Source: an uncultured virus (IMG/VR IMGVR_UViG_3300033074_001668)
Taxonomy: Duplodnaviria > Heunggongvirae > Uroviricota > Caudoviricetes
Virus record (IMG/VR): IMGVR_UViG_3300033074_001668
Length of the DNA: 20,000 nt
Direction: 5' to 3' (one strand)
Below the pieces are notes generated by a model. The model was not told where the DNA came from and did not search any database. It was given only the letters and a program-made list of their open reading frames with translations. Shown here one piece after another: positions 8,372 through 17,671 of this stretch; the stretch's first letter is position 1; every line of letters starts with the position of its first letter. The position numbers were made by a program, and so were the translations under genes.

Positions 8372-9319
8372 TTAATTCCCAATTATATCTTTTTCTATCT
8401 GCGCTATCAATTTAATATTTTCTTCATCCGTTTGAAATAATTCATTTCTTGTTTCCACGCAAAATAATTCACTCATAAAATGAATAAGATTATGTTTACT
8501 TGTACCAAACAATGAACATAATTTCCCTAAATGATTTTCAATTTCTTTTGTCCAAAGTAATTTATCATTAACCACTTCTATTTGATTCTTCACTGCAGCT
8601 ACACCAAATTCAGAAGCTAATATTGCAAGATAAATATGATAAACCTCTTCTTTCAAATTTAAACTTGTACCCGATTTAATATTTTCAAAGTTTTTAAATG
8701 ATCCAGTCTTTAGACCAGAAAACAATCTAATTCTTAAATCAACTAAATTTCTTTGAGATTTCCCACATGAATTTAAAACATGTGTTTCATAAGGTGAACA
8801 TAAAATATTGAATGGAGCATTTCCAATCAATTTAATAAGCTCTGAAACTTTCTCTTTCATTTGTTTTGGTATATATTTTTCATTATTCCAAGAATCATAG
8901 TTTTTATATTTATCATCTAAATTTTCATCTATGAAATATAAATGTTCTTCCAACCATCTTCCCTCGAACAGTAAACCAAGTGGCCACATCAATAACCCTG
9001 AGCCACTTAAAACCAAATCGTATTTTAATTGATCTTTTGTTACTGGACCATCTGGAAAGGTTGGTGCCCAAAGATCGATTTTGATATAACCAAGACCAAG
9101 AATATTTTTACCTTTTTGTTTATCGATAATATATTTGATAACTTCGTAATCTTCTAAGTCAATTCCAGCAAACACAATTTTATCTTCAACCAATTCTTGA
9201 TTGTTTTTAACCCTATCTGGAATGTAATCAGATAACTTAATATCATCTTGGATTTCTTGGATTTCCGCAGCTAACTCATTTACTTTTAAAAATTTTACAA
9301 TATCTGGTTTATTCAGCAT
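8372..9319 (-). CDS. hypothetical protein
   Basis: 315 aa ORF, AAGGA RBS, TAATG overlap. Confidence 0.75.
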   Translation of the reverse strand: MLNKPDIVKFLKVNELAAEIQEIQDDIKLSDYIPDRVKNNQELVEDKIVFAGIDLEDYEVIKYIIDKQKGKNILGLGYIKIDLWAPTFPDGPVTKDQLKYDLVLSGSGLLMWPLGLLFEGRWLEEHLYFIDENLDDKYKNYDSWNNEKYIPKQMKEKVSELIKLIGNAPFNILCSPYETHVLNSCGKSQRNLVDLRIRLFSGLKTGSFKNFENIKSGTSLNLKEEVYHIYLAILASEFGVAAVKNQIEVVNDKLLWTKEIENHLGKLCSLFGTSKHNLIHFMSELFCVETRNELFQTDEENIKLIAQIEKDIIGN

Positions 9320-10305
9320 TATTTATCCTTTTTAATTTCAATAAAATAATCATTAGCAATTGCATATAAATGAAACTGCTCTTTTTTAGATAAAATTTCT
9401 TTTCTAATTTCTGGCGTAAAAGTAGTATTATAAGATACATGAGTTCTATTTAACTCATTATGATTAACTGTAAACACTACTGTTTGTCCAGCTAAATGAA
9501 GTTCTTTAACTTTAGCTAAAAATTCTTGTAAACCATTTAACCAAATTAAAAGCATTCTAACTTTATCTTGAACAGTAACTTCAACTGGGTCCAATGAATC
9601 TTGATATGGATGAGAACCCATAAAATATTGATATCTGCTAATAAAGAATAAATCCCAAGCAGTAACAACATGTTGGAAAATTCCATTTGGAAGAATTTCC
9701 AATAACTCTAAAATTCTTTGTGGAGTAAATGATTCCAACTCAGAATAAAATATTTCACTTTCCCCAATCAATAAAGATTGGTAAATTGTTACTTCTTGTG
9801 TATCAACATCATGCTTATATATTACTAAATAAGCATTATCTTCAAAATGATGAATATTTAAACTATAATCAAGCTTTCTATTTGGAAGTGGTAACCAATC
9901 CATTTCACAAAGGATATCTCCTTCAGTTTTCCAAAATAAACCAATATATTTATTTTGTTTCTTTTCTCTTAGAAATGTCATTTCCATTTCATTTAGAAAT
10001 TTAATTGGTTCTTTATTAAATAAAACCACATCTGGCATTTCTAAATCAAATATTTTCTTAACTCCAGTAATTTTAAAGATCCCCATTGAAGCCATTTTTG
10101 CTATAATGATTTCATTATAATTATATTCAGTTTTTTCTTTCATTTCTGGATATAATTCATAACCCGTCCAATCTTTTGCAACATTCGTTTGGTACATTTT
10201 TGTAGGTACTTCCGTAGTATGAAATGTGTATTCATTAATCTTAAATGTATATATTGGGAAATTGTTCCCAAGAAAATTGTAAACTTCTCTATTTGTTGTA
10301 TTCAT
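9319..10305 (-). CDS. hypothetical protein
   Basis: 328 aa ORF, AAGGAG RBS. Confidence 0.75.
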   Translation of the reverse strand: MNTTNREVYNFLGNNFPIYTFKINEYTFHTTEVPTKMYQTNVAKDWTGYELYPEMKEKTEYNYNEIIIAKMASMGIFKITGVKKIFDLEMPDVVLFNKEPIKFLNEMEMTFLREKKQNKYIGLFWKTEGDILCEMDWLPLPNRKLDYSLNIHHFEDNAYLVIYKHDVDTQEVTIYQSLLIGESEIFYSELESFTPQRILELLEILPNGIFQHVVTAWDLFFISRYQYFMGSHPYQDSLDPVEVTVQDKVRMLLIWLNGLQEFLAKVKELHLAGQTVVFTVNHNELNRTHVSYNTTFTPEIRKEILSKKEQFHLYAIANDYFIEIKKDK

Positions 10306-10342
10306 TTTTTCTCCTTTAAAGAGGGTAATGACCCCATATTGT

Positions 10343-10840
10343 TTAATTTACAGACAGTCTATATTGAACTGTAGTAATCACTTGTTCTAAATTGATAACA
10401 TCATTAATACCACATAAAGAATAATTGGCTGTTATAAAAAGATCTTCTCCTGGTCGTTTTACATATTGATCCACTTTAGTACAATAATCCAATTTGATTC
10501 CCAAACGATCAGCCATTTGATTCAATTGATACTTTGTTAAACTATAAGCCTCAATGAAAACCCTATCAACTTTGTTTTCACCAATTGGGATCTCTAATCC
10601 AATCGTTGGTTTTGAATACATTGTTGTTTTAGAATAATCATAAAACAATGCTGCATTAAATGATTCAACTCCAATAATTTTAATTGGAATAACAAAAAGT
10701 GCTTTTTGTTCAATAATGTCCTTTTGTGATTTAAAACTTATGTCATAAACTTCAGCTTGCGCATTCATCCCTAGCATCATTAATACCAATGCAACAATTT
10801 TTACCATCCCAATTTTCACAGCTTTCACTTGTGTTTTCAT
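10343..10840 (-). CDS. putative secreted hypothetical protein
   Basis: Start re-called at 10840 (MKTQVKAVK) behind AAAGGAAAG; signal-like segment ending AQA. Confidence 0.65.
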   Translation of the reverse strand: MKTQVKAVKIGMVKIVALVLMMLGMNAQAEVYDISFKSQKDIIEQKALFVIPIKIIGVESFNAALFYDYSKTTMYSKPTIGLEIPIGENKVDRVFIEAYSLTKYQLNQMADRLGIKLDYCTKVDQYVKRPGEDLFITANYSLCGINDVINLEQVITTVQYRLSVN

Positions 10841-10970
10841 TTTTCTTTCCTTTCTCAAAAAGTTTATCTTTAATTTTATGGTATAAATATATACCATCCA
10901 AAAGCATTATGTATATTAATATCGAAACAATAATTAATATCATAAATAATTCTCTATCTACCGTAGTCAC
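10752..10970 (-). CDS. small membrane protein
   Basis: GTG start with AAGGA RBS and N-terminal TM helix; 3' end overlaps the next gene. Confidence 0.45.
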   Translation of the reverse strand: MTTVDRELFMILIIVSILIYIMLLDGIYLYHKIKDKLFEKGKKNENTSESCENWDGKNCCIGINDARDECAS

Positions 10971-11016
10971 TTGTATCCTTTATCTAAACTTAGTTTAATG
11001 TCTTTTCGGACAAATT

Positions 11017-11967
11017 TTAATTTAGATAAGTATCAAATAATTTTGGATTTAATATTAATCCATCAATTTCATCCCAGAACTTTTGAATATCATTTTTATA
11101 ATATTCCATAAAGATTCCATTTGGTTTTATATTTGTAAACATATAACCAATTTTACTAAACTTATCTATTATATGATAAAATGAATCAATTTTTTCTTGC
11201 TCCCAATCATTCGCTTTTAAATCATTTACTAATTTATCAATCGAATACTGAGTTCCACCAATTTCAACAATTATATTTCTTCTTGGCTGAACTTCTTTTT
11301 TCTCTTTATTATATAAATAACTTCTTTGGATAACCCCTTTTAAATCTAAGGCATCTCTATCAGCAGCACTAAATATTTCACATAATACATTTCTAAATTC
11401 CCCATCGTAACTTGCTCTATGCTGTTTACACATGTAGCCAACATTCATAAATACAAAATCAGGTAAAAAGAAATATAAATCTTTACTTGATACATCTAAT
11501 TTTTTAGAAGCTTTTTCTTTAATGAAAAAGTCACATAATTCTTCTGCCATAAGATGATGTCTAATTCTATCTTTAGATTGATAGACATCATGAATAATTG
11601 CAGCTAAACCAACCATAACAAATAAAGTATGAACTTGTAAACCATTAACTTTTTCTTCTTTACTAAAGATAATATGTTTTCTTTCTTCATAATGTAAATT
11701 TAAAATGTTATTGTTAAGTAAATACCATTCAAGAATTTTAAATCCCTTTTCCATTACTCCAAATATATGTTCTTGGCCATGACTGCCATCTCCATAATAA
11801 TTATGTTTCAATTTTTCCCACATACCAGAAACTAAATACGAGATTCTATCTAAATTAAAATCATCGCATGGATTTCCTTTCTCATATAATTCTTTAAATC
11901 CTTTTAAAGAATAAACTATCTCTCCGATAGTTTTATTTTTACTTGTACTTGTACTTAATTCTTTCAT
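11017..11967 (-). CDS. HD-domain metal-dependent phosphohydrolase
   Basis: HGQEH..V, AAIIHD, HH, HRAS, AADRD motif series; AAGGA RBS. Confidence 0.8.
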   Translation of the reverse strand: MKELSTSTSKNKTIGEIVYSLKGFKELYEKGNPCDDFNLDRISYLVSGMWEKLKHNYYGDGSHGQEHIFGVMEKGFKILEWYLLNNNILNLHYEERKHIIFSKEEKVNGLQVHTLFVMVGLAAIIHDVYQSKDRIRHHLMAEELCDFFIKEKASKKLDVSSKDLYFFLPDFVFMNVGYMCKQHRASYDGEFRNVLCEIFSAADRDALDLKGVIQRSYLYNKEKKEVQPRRNIIVEIGGTQYSIDKLVNDLKANDWEQEKIDSFYHIIDKFSKIGYMFTNIKPNGIFMEYYKNDIQKFWDEIDGLILNPKLFDTYLN

Positions 11968-12005
11968 CTTTCCATCCTTTTATTTTTACTATTAAACCTA
12001 AGAAC

Positions 12006-12031
12006 AAAATACCAACCATAGTTGGTATTTT
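12006..12031. terminator. hairpin, possible intrinsic terminator
   Basis: 11-bp perfect stem AAAATACCAAC-cata-GTTGGTATTTT; T-rich ends on both strands. Confidence 0.6.
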
Positions 12032-12123
12032 TATTATACGTATATAACTTTACATAAGTATAATTTATTGATTAGCCTGATTTTTCTTTTTCCCATCTTT
12101 CAATCCCTTTTTGTAATTTATTT

Positions 12124-12212
12124 GACAATAATCTTATATGTTTATTGTCTTACTAATTATATAATATCTATGTTAAAAATTTCTTATAATAACTAGTTTA
12201 ATATAGATATTA
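12124..12212. promoter_or_regulatory. divergent promoter region with two inverted repeats
   Basis: GACAATAA-N10-TTATTGTC (12124-12149) and TAATATCTATGTTAAA-N19-TTTAATATAGATATTA (12162-12212, 15/16 match) between divergent operons. Confidence 0.5.
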
Positions 12213-12333
12213 ACACTTACAATCCACCAAATATTATCCAAATTCTAATTTATCCAACCAGATATAAAATTACCATTATCATAGAAATATATATAGTAAC
12301 ATATAAAATATATTTTAACACGAAAGGGACTTT

Positions 12334-14823
12334 ATGTCAAAAATTAATATTAGAAAGAGAGCTGGTCACACAGAACCTCTAGATATTTCAAAAATTAGAA
12401 AAATGACTACAGAATCTACTGATGGTTTAGAGGGAGTATCTCAAAGTGATCTTGAACTTGATGCTCAAATTAAATTCATTGATGGAATGAGTTCATCTGA
12501 TATTCAAGATGCACTAATTAAAACGGCTGTTGAAAAAATCGATATCGATGTTCCAAATTGGACATTTGTTGCGGCAAGGTTATTCCTTTACGATTTATAT
12601 CATAAAGTTGGAAGACTTATTGGTGGAGAAAAAGGTAAACAATATAGCCATTTAAGAGATTATTTAAATTACAATATTGATCATGATAAAGTTTCGCCAG
12701 TATTTGGTTTTGATTATAAAGATGGAATCAAATATGAATTATATGATTTAGATGAATTAGATAAATATATTGATCCAAAAAGGGATTTATTATTTAACTA
12801 TCTTGGTGTAAAAACAATTTTTGATAAATATCTTGTTAAAAATGAGAATGGTGATTGTAGTGAATTACCACAGCATATGTTTATGGCTATTGCAATGTTC
12901 CTTGCTCAAAATGAAGATAACCGAATGGAAAGAGCAAAAGAATTCTATGATGTTATTTCAAAAATGGAAGTTATGTTAGCAACTCCAACTTTAAGTGGTG
13001 CAAGAAAACATAGAAATCAATTAAGTTCATGTTTCATTGGAGCAGCTCCAGATAACATTGAAGGAATTTTTGATTCATATAAAGAAATGTCATTATTATC
13101 TAAATATGGTGGTGGTATTGGTTGGGATTGGAATCAAATTAGAGCAATGGGTGGAAATATTGATAATAATAAATCTGCTGCAGGTGGAACGGTTCCATTC
13201 TTAAAAATTACAAATGATATTGCTTTAGCGGTTGACCAACTTGGTGTAAGAAAAGGTGCAATTGCAGTTTACCTTGAACCTTGGCATATGGATATAGAAG
13301 ACTTTATAGATCTTAAAAAGAACTCTGGTGAAGATAGAAGAAGAGCTCATGACCTATTCCCTGCTTTATGGATTCCAGATTTATTTATGGAAAGAGTTTT
13401 AGAAGATGGGCAATGGACATTATTTGACCCACATGATACTCCTGATTTACACGGTTTAATGTCGGAAGAATTTGATAAAGCTTATATTGCTTATGAACAT
13501 AATCCAAATATTAGAAAAGTTACAATTAAAGCAAAAGACTTATGGAAAAAAGTTTTAACTTCTTATTTTGAAGTTGGTAGCCCATTCTTATGTTGGAAAG
13601 ATACGGCAAATAGAGCTAACCCGAATCCACATGTTGGAAATATTAAGTCTTCAAATTTATGTACTGAAATTTTCCAAAATACATCTGCAAATAAATATTT
13701 AATGAAATTATATATTGAAGATGATAATGGTTCAAATGAACATTATTTAGTAGAAGAAAATACTACTATGATTTTAATTAATGGTTCTCATAAATTAGCT
13801 AAGAATGCAAATTCTTTAGATACAGTTATTGGATTTAAAAATGATGAAGATATGGACTTCTTAGAAGAACCATTTAAAATTTATACGGTTGAAAAAGAAG
13901 TAATTCCAGGTGAAACAGCTGTATGTAATTTAGCATCAGTAAATCTTTCAAGAATTAATACAAAACAAGATATCGAAAGAGTTATCCCAACTGCAGTTAG
14001 AATGTTAGATAATGTTGTATCATTAAATTATTACCCAACTAAAAAAGCTAAAGATACTAATATGGCATCAAGAGCAATTGGTTTAGGTGTAATGGGTGAA
14101 CATCAAATGATAGCTGAAAAAAGTATTAAATTTGGTTCTCAAGAACATTTAGATTTAATTGATCATATTATGGAAGCAATTTCTTATAATACAATTCTTG
14201 CAAGTACTGTACTTGGTCAAACAAAAGGTAATTATAAAAACTTTGAAGGTTCAAATTGGTCTAAAGGAATTTTACCTCATGATCATGCAAATCACTATGT
14301 TATGGAATTAACATCTTCATCTAAATCAACAAATGTTTATACTAATGGTGAATGGGACCAATTAAGAGAAAGAACAAAAAGATTTATGAGAAATGGTTAT
14401 TTGATGGCTATTGCTCCTACTTCGTCAATTTCTATTTTAGTTGGAACAACTCAAGCAATTGAACCATGTTATAAAAGAAAATGGTATGAAGAAAATATGA
14501 GTGGTTTAATTCCAGTTGTTGTACCAAATTTATCTCCAAATACTTGGGAATTCTATACTCCAGCATTTGAAATAGACCAATTACAAGTTATTAAAGCTGC
14601 AGCAATTAGACAAAAATGGATAGATCAAGGTCAATCTACAAATATTTTTATGAGCTTAGATAAAGCAAGTGGGAAATATTTACATGAGATTTATACATTG
14701 GCTTGGAAATTAGGACTTAAGTCAACTTATTATTTAAGAAGTCAATCTCCTGATTCATCTAAAGCGGAAATGAAAAAACCAGATGTTGTTGATAGATCAA
14801 TGGAATGTTCTGGGTGTCAATAA
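12334..14823 (+). CDS. nrdA: ribonucleoside-diphosphate reductase class Ia alpha subunit with N-terminal ATP cone
   Basis: ATP cone (IRKRAG..EPLD), ATPTL, QLSSCF, GGGIG, SSNLCTEI, VCNLAS, APTSSIS, KSTYYLR, C-terminal CSGCQ. Confidence 0.97.
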   Translation: MSKINIRKRAGHTEPLDISKIRKMTTESTDGLEGVSQSDLELDAQIKFIDGMSSSDIQDALIKTAVEKIDIDVPNWTFVAARLFLYDLYHKVGRLIGGEKGKQYSHLRDYLNYNIDHDKVSPVFGFDYKDGIKYELYDLDELDKYIDPKRDLLFNYLGVKTIFDKYLVKNENGDCSELPQHMFMAIAMFLAQNEDNRMERAKEFYDVISKMEVMLATPTLSGARKHRNQLSSCFIGAAPDNIEGIFDSYKEMSLLSKYGGGIGWDWNQIRAMGGNIDNNKSAAGGTVPFLKITNDIALAVDQLGVRKGAIAVYLEPWHMDIEDFIDLKKNSGEDRRRAHDLFPALWIPDLFMERVLEDGQWTLFDPHDTPDLHGLMSEEFDKAYIAYEHNPNIRKVTIKAKDLWKKVLTSYFEVGSPFLCWKDTANRANPNPHVGNIKSSNLCTEIFQNTSANKYLMKLYIEDDNGSNEHYLVEENTTMILINGSHKLAKNANSLDTVIGFKNDEDMDFLEEPFKIYTVEKEVIPGETAVCNLASVNLSRINTKQDIERVIPTAVRMLDNVVSLNYYPTKKAKDTNMASRAIGLGVMGEHQMIAEKSIKFGSQEHLDLIDHIMEAISYNTILASTVLGQTKGNYKNFEGSNWSKGILPHDHANHYVMELTSSSKSTNVYTNGEWDQLRERTKRFMRNGYLMAIAPTSSISILVGTTQAIEPCYKRKWYEENMSGLIPVVVPNLSPNTWEFYTPAFEIDQLQVIKAAAIRQKWIDQGQSTNIFMSLDKASGKYLHEIYTLAWKLGLKSTYYLRSQSPDSSKAEMKKPDVVDRSMECSGCQ

Positions 14824-14826
14824 ATA

Positions 14827-14850
14827 ATTAGGAGGAATTTCCCTCCTAAT
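14827..14850 (+). terminator. stem-loop after nrdA (weak terminator or mRNA-stabilising hairpin)
   Basis: 9-bp stem ATTAGGAGG-aatttc-CCTCCTAAT; no clear U-tract. Confidence 0.5.
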
Positions 14851-14864
14851 ATAAAAGGAAAATA

Positions 14865-15347
14865 ATGTCAGTTATTCAATTCCAAAGTGTGGATACACTT
14901 CCAGAATTTTATAAAGTTTTTAAAATAATTGAAAAGATTGGTAACTTTTATCCAGACTTTAGAAATTGGTATTTTGATAAAGTTATTCCTGGAGTTTTAT
15001 TAAACCAAGATGAAATATTTATAGCAAAGAAAAAAGACGTAATTCTTGGTGCATGTATAATTAAAAATTCGGATGAAAAGAAATTAAGATGTCTTAGGGT
15101 ATCAGAAGAATTTCAAAATAAAGGTTATGGTTTATATATTATAGATGAAGCATTAAAGCGATTAAATGCCGACAAACCAAATTTATCAGTACCAGAAGAA
15201 TTAATGAATGATTATTCTAGGATTTTTGTAAATAGATACAACTTTAATTTAGATATGGTTCATAAAAATTTATATCGTAAAAATAAATTGGAATACGAAT
15301 TCAATGGAAAAACCTTATTGAAAGGTAATGTAAATTACGGAGTATAA
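14865..15347 (+). CDS. GNAT-family N-acetyltransferase
   Basis: Acetyl-CoA binding motif A: LRVSEEFQNKGYG. Confidence 0.8.
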   Translation: MSVIQFQSVDTLPEFYKVFKIIEKIGNFYPDFRNWYFDKVIPGVLLNQDEIFIAKKKDVILGACIIKNSDEKKLRCLRVSEEFQNKGYGLYIIDEALKRLNADKPNLSVPEELMNDYSRIFVNRYNFNLDMVHKNLYRKNKLEYEFNGKTLLKGNVNYGV

Positions 15348-15356
15348 GGAAAATTA

Positions 15357-15881
15357 ATGAAACAAGTTATTCCAACTGAAGCATCTTTTAAAAAAGATTT
15401 AGCTTTTTTAAGTAATATGTATAAAGCTCCAATTATTATGTCAAAAGAAATGGTTGGACCAAGATACGAATATTATAGTAATTTTTTTGAATTTGATAAT
15501 AAAGAATATCCTGCTACAGAAAATTTATATCAAGCATTAAAAAATAGATATCTGGCTGGAAGAGATGATTTTAGATTAATTTCACCTTTTGAGGCTAAGT
15601 CTAATGGATTTAAAATTCCTAAATCGGATATATGGCAAAATTGGAATCATAGAAGACTTATTGCTATGGAATTGGTTATTGATTTAAAATTTAATACTTG
15701 GCCCCATCTTTTAGATATGCTTGTAAATACACCAGATGATAAATTGGTCGAATGGAATACTTGGAATGATACTTTCTGGGGTAAATCAATTAAGACTGGT
15801 AAAGGTGAAAATAATTTAGGTGAGATACTAAAAAGAAAAAAATATAGAACAATTTGGGATAGACTTGGATTGTTTAAATAA
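15357..15881 (+). CDS. NADAR (YbiA-like) family protein
   Basis: FLSNMY, YPATENLYQA, KF, LVEWNTWNDTFWG, GENNLGEIL. Confidence 0.88.
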   Translation: MKQVIPTEASFKKDLAFLSNMYKAPIIMSKEMVGPRYEYYSNFFEFDNKEYPATENLYQALKNRYLAGRDDFRLISPFEAKSNGFKIPKSDIWQNWNHRRLIAMELVIDLKFNTWPHLLDMLVNTPDDKLVEWNTWNDTFWGKSIKTGKGENNLGEILKRKKYRTIWDRLGLFK

Positions 15882-15890
15882 GGAAAATTT

Positions 15891-16286
15891 ATGAATACAA
15901 AAATTGATATCAATAATCCATTTGGAATTCGAGATGATTTATTTGATAGTGAATCTAGAAGTCATTTAACTTGTCCAAATTGTGAATTCCATACCGTTAT
16001 AAAAGTATTTAATCCCGAGGACTTTAATTATCCGGAATGGAATGCCAAAGCTAAATTTCAAAATAATAATTCAAAAGAACACGTTAAATTAAGAATACCA
16101 AATGCTATTACTTTAAGTAAACATATGCAAATTCATCCAACTAGAGTTTTTAATGAATTGGTTTCAAGTTATTGGTCCGCTTGGGATTGGGATGTATGTG
16201 AACAAATTGCTATAAAGAATTTGCAGACAAAATGTTTAAATTGTAGTTATGATTTAGAATATTTAAGGATAAAAAATGAAAGTTGA
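15891..16286 (+). CDS. hypothetical protein with two CxxC motifs (possible Zn ribbon)
   Basis: CPNC near the N-terminus and CLNC near the C-terminus; AAGGA RBS. Confidence 0.65.
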   Translation: MNTKIDINNPFGIRDDLFDSESRSHLTCPNCEFHTVIKVFNPEDFNYPEWNAKAKFQNNNSKEHVKLRIPNAITLSKHMQIHPTRVFNELVSSYWSAWDWDVCEQIAIKNLQTKCLNCSYDLEYLRIKNES

Positions 16287-16515
16287 AGTAACTTTACAAT
16301 TCGAAGTACCAGATAATAGTGATATAGATATAGTCGCTCCAATATTAAGGGAACGAGTTAAAGATTTCGATTATTATAATGAATTGGTACAATGGAATTT
16401 TATTACTAGTCCAGATAAATCTATCTTAAAAAAAGAAGAACGACTTGAGCATTTAGAGAGAGCGGTTTCTGCATTTAAAGAATTGCTCCAACTAAAAAAG
16501 AAGATAGAAGCATAG
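16276..16515 (+). CDS. hypothetical protein
   Basis: 79 aa, AAGGA RBS. Confidence 0.65.
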   Translation: MKVEVTLQFEVPDNSDIDIVAPILRERVKDFDYYNELVQWNFITSPDKSILKKEERLEHLERAVSAFKELLQLKKKIEA

Positions 16516-16589
16516 AGGCTGACCAATTATTATGTAATCATCACAGAAACGCTAGAGAAACATATTATAAAAATTTATAAGGAAAATTT

Positions 16590-17414
16590 ATGAAAACTGC
16601 AACATTATTCGCATTTAAAATTATAAGATTAGGTTCTGAAAACTTAGAAATTAGTTCTTGGCCTTTCGAATTAACTTTAGATTTTAAATCAGTTAAACAA
16701 ATTGATTCGAATTATTCGTTACCAATTATTAGTCAGGAATTAATTGAAATACCTTGGGCTAACCAAACAGATAATAGAGATAGAGGTACTATCGAACTAG
16801 TAAAATTCGAATTGAACGAAGAAGAAATAAAAGATATCGTGTTCCAATATACATTCAAACAATGGTGTCCATATAGAAAACAAGTAATATTTGACCAATG
16901 TATTTTAACTAGAGATTCTATTGGACCAATAGAAGATAAATTATATGATAGTTTTGCACATCAAAAATCGGTAATAACGAGTAATGGAGCATATAGATTT
17001 GACTTTACTTATAAAACTGAACAATGGAAGTTTTTAAAATGGGTAACCAAGTATTATAATTATGTAAATCATATACATGATAAACACTGGAATGTTGCTT
17101 TAGGTATTTTAGAAACATATGCAGAAGATCAATTGTATAAAGAAATTAAATTAGTTCCTACTCTGGTTCAAGATAATAAAGAAAAACCTTTCGAAGGTAA
17201 AAATTTTGTTAACTTTAATGAATTAAGCGATTATGGTTTAATTTGGAAAATTAATAAAGAGATTTTGCATCCACTTGGATTAGCTTTGGCTAGAAATGAA
17301 GATGGAACTTCAAATGGTTGTATTGTTGCTCCAGATGGAGTATGGGAATATAATAAAGAAGCAGATGAGAGAAATCTGGAAAAATATGATAATTTTTTAA
17401 ATCTATTAAAATAA
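16590..17414 (+). CDS. hypothetical protein with conserved phage C-terminal domain
   Basis: C-terminal NELSDYGLIWKINKEILHPLGLALA..DGVWEY resembles a widespread small phage protein; AAGGA RBS. Confidence 0.7.
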   Translation: MKTATLFAFKIIRLGSENLEISSWPFELTLDFKSVKQIDSNYSLPIISQELIEIPWANQTDNRDRGTIELVKFELNEEEIKDIVFQYTFKQWCPYRKQVIFDQCILTRDSIGPIEDKLYDSFAHQKSVITSNGAYRFDFTYKTEQWKFLKWVTKYYNYVNHIHDKHWNVALGILETYAEDQLYKEIKLVPTLVQDNKEKPFEGKNFVNFNELSDYGLIWKINKEILHPLGLALARNEDGTSNGCIVAPDGVWEYNKEADERNLEKYDNFLNLLK

Positions 17415-17425
17415 AAAGGAATACT

Positions 17426-17650
17426 ATGGAAAATCAACATCAAAAAATTAAAGGTTATAGAGATCTTACTCAGGAAGAAATTAACTTAATGAATGAGGTT
17501 AAAGAAAAGGGTGCAGAGCTGGGGGCATTAATTGAAAAATTAGATAATATACCAGAAATCGATAAGAATTGGTTAGCTACTGGTAAACTTGGAGTACAAC
17601 AAGGTTTAATGGCGATTGTAAGAGCTATTACTAAACCAGACTTCTTCTAA
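17426..17650 (+). CDS. acb2: anti-CBASS cyclic-nucleotide sponge protein Acb2
   Basis: MENQHQKIKGYRDLTQEEINLMN...WLATGK..VQQGLMAIVRAITKPDFF matches the Acb2 signature (NQH.KIKGYRDL..EEI..MN; WLA.GK...Q.G.MA..RAI..P..F). Confidence 0.9.
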   Translation: MENQHQKIKGYRDLTQEEINLMNEVKEKGAELGALIEKLDNIPEIDKNWLATGKLGVQQGLMAIVRAITKPDFF

Positions 17651-17671
17651 AAAAATTAAAAGGAATAAACA

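Noticed and set aside
10322..10335. Short hairpin GGGT-aatg-ACCC
   Set aside because: The 4-5 bp stem is too weak to call a terminator.
12234..12258. Two TTATCCAA repeats resembling DnaA boxes
   Set aside because: Only two imperfect copies in very AT-rich DNA; insufficient for an origin call.
13681..13915. Possible intein in NrdA after the catalytic NLCTE motif
   Set aside because: No Cys/Ser...HN-Cys ends; it resembles the normal Campylobacterota NrdA insertion.
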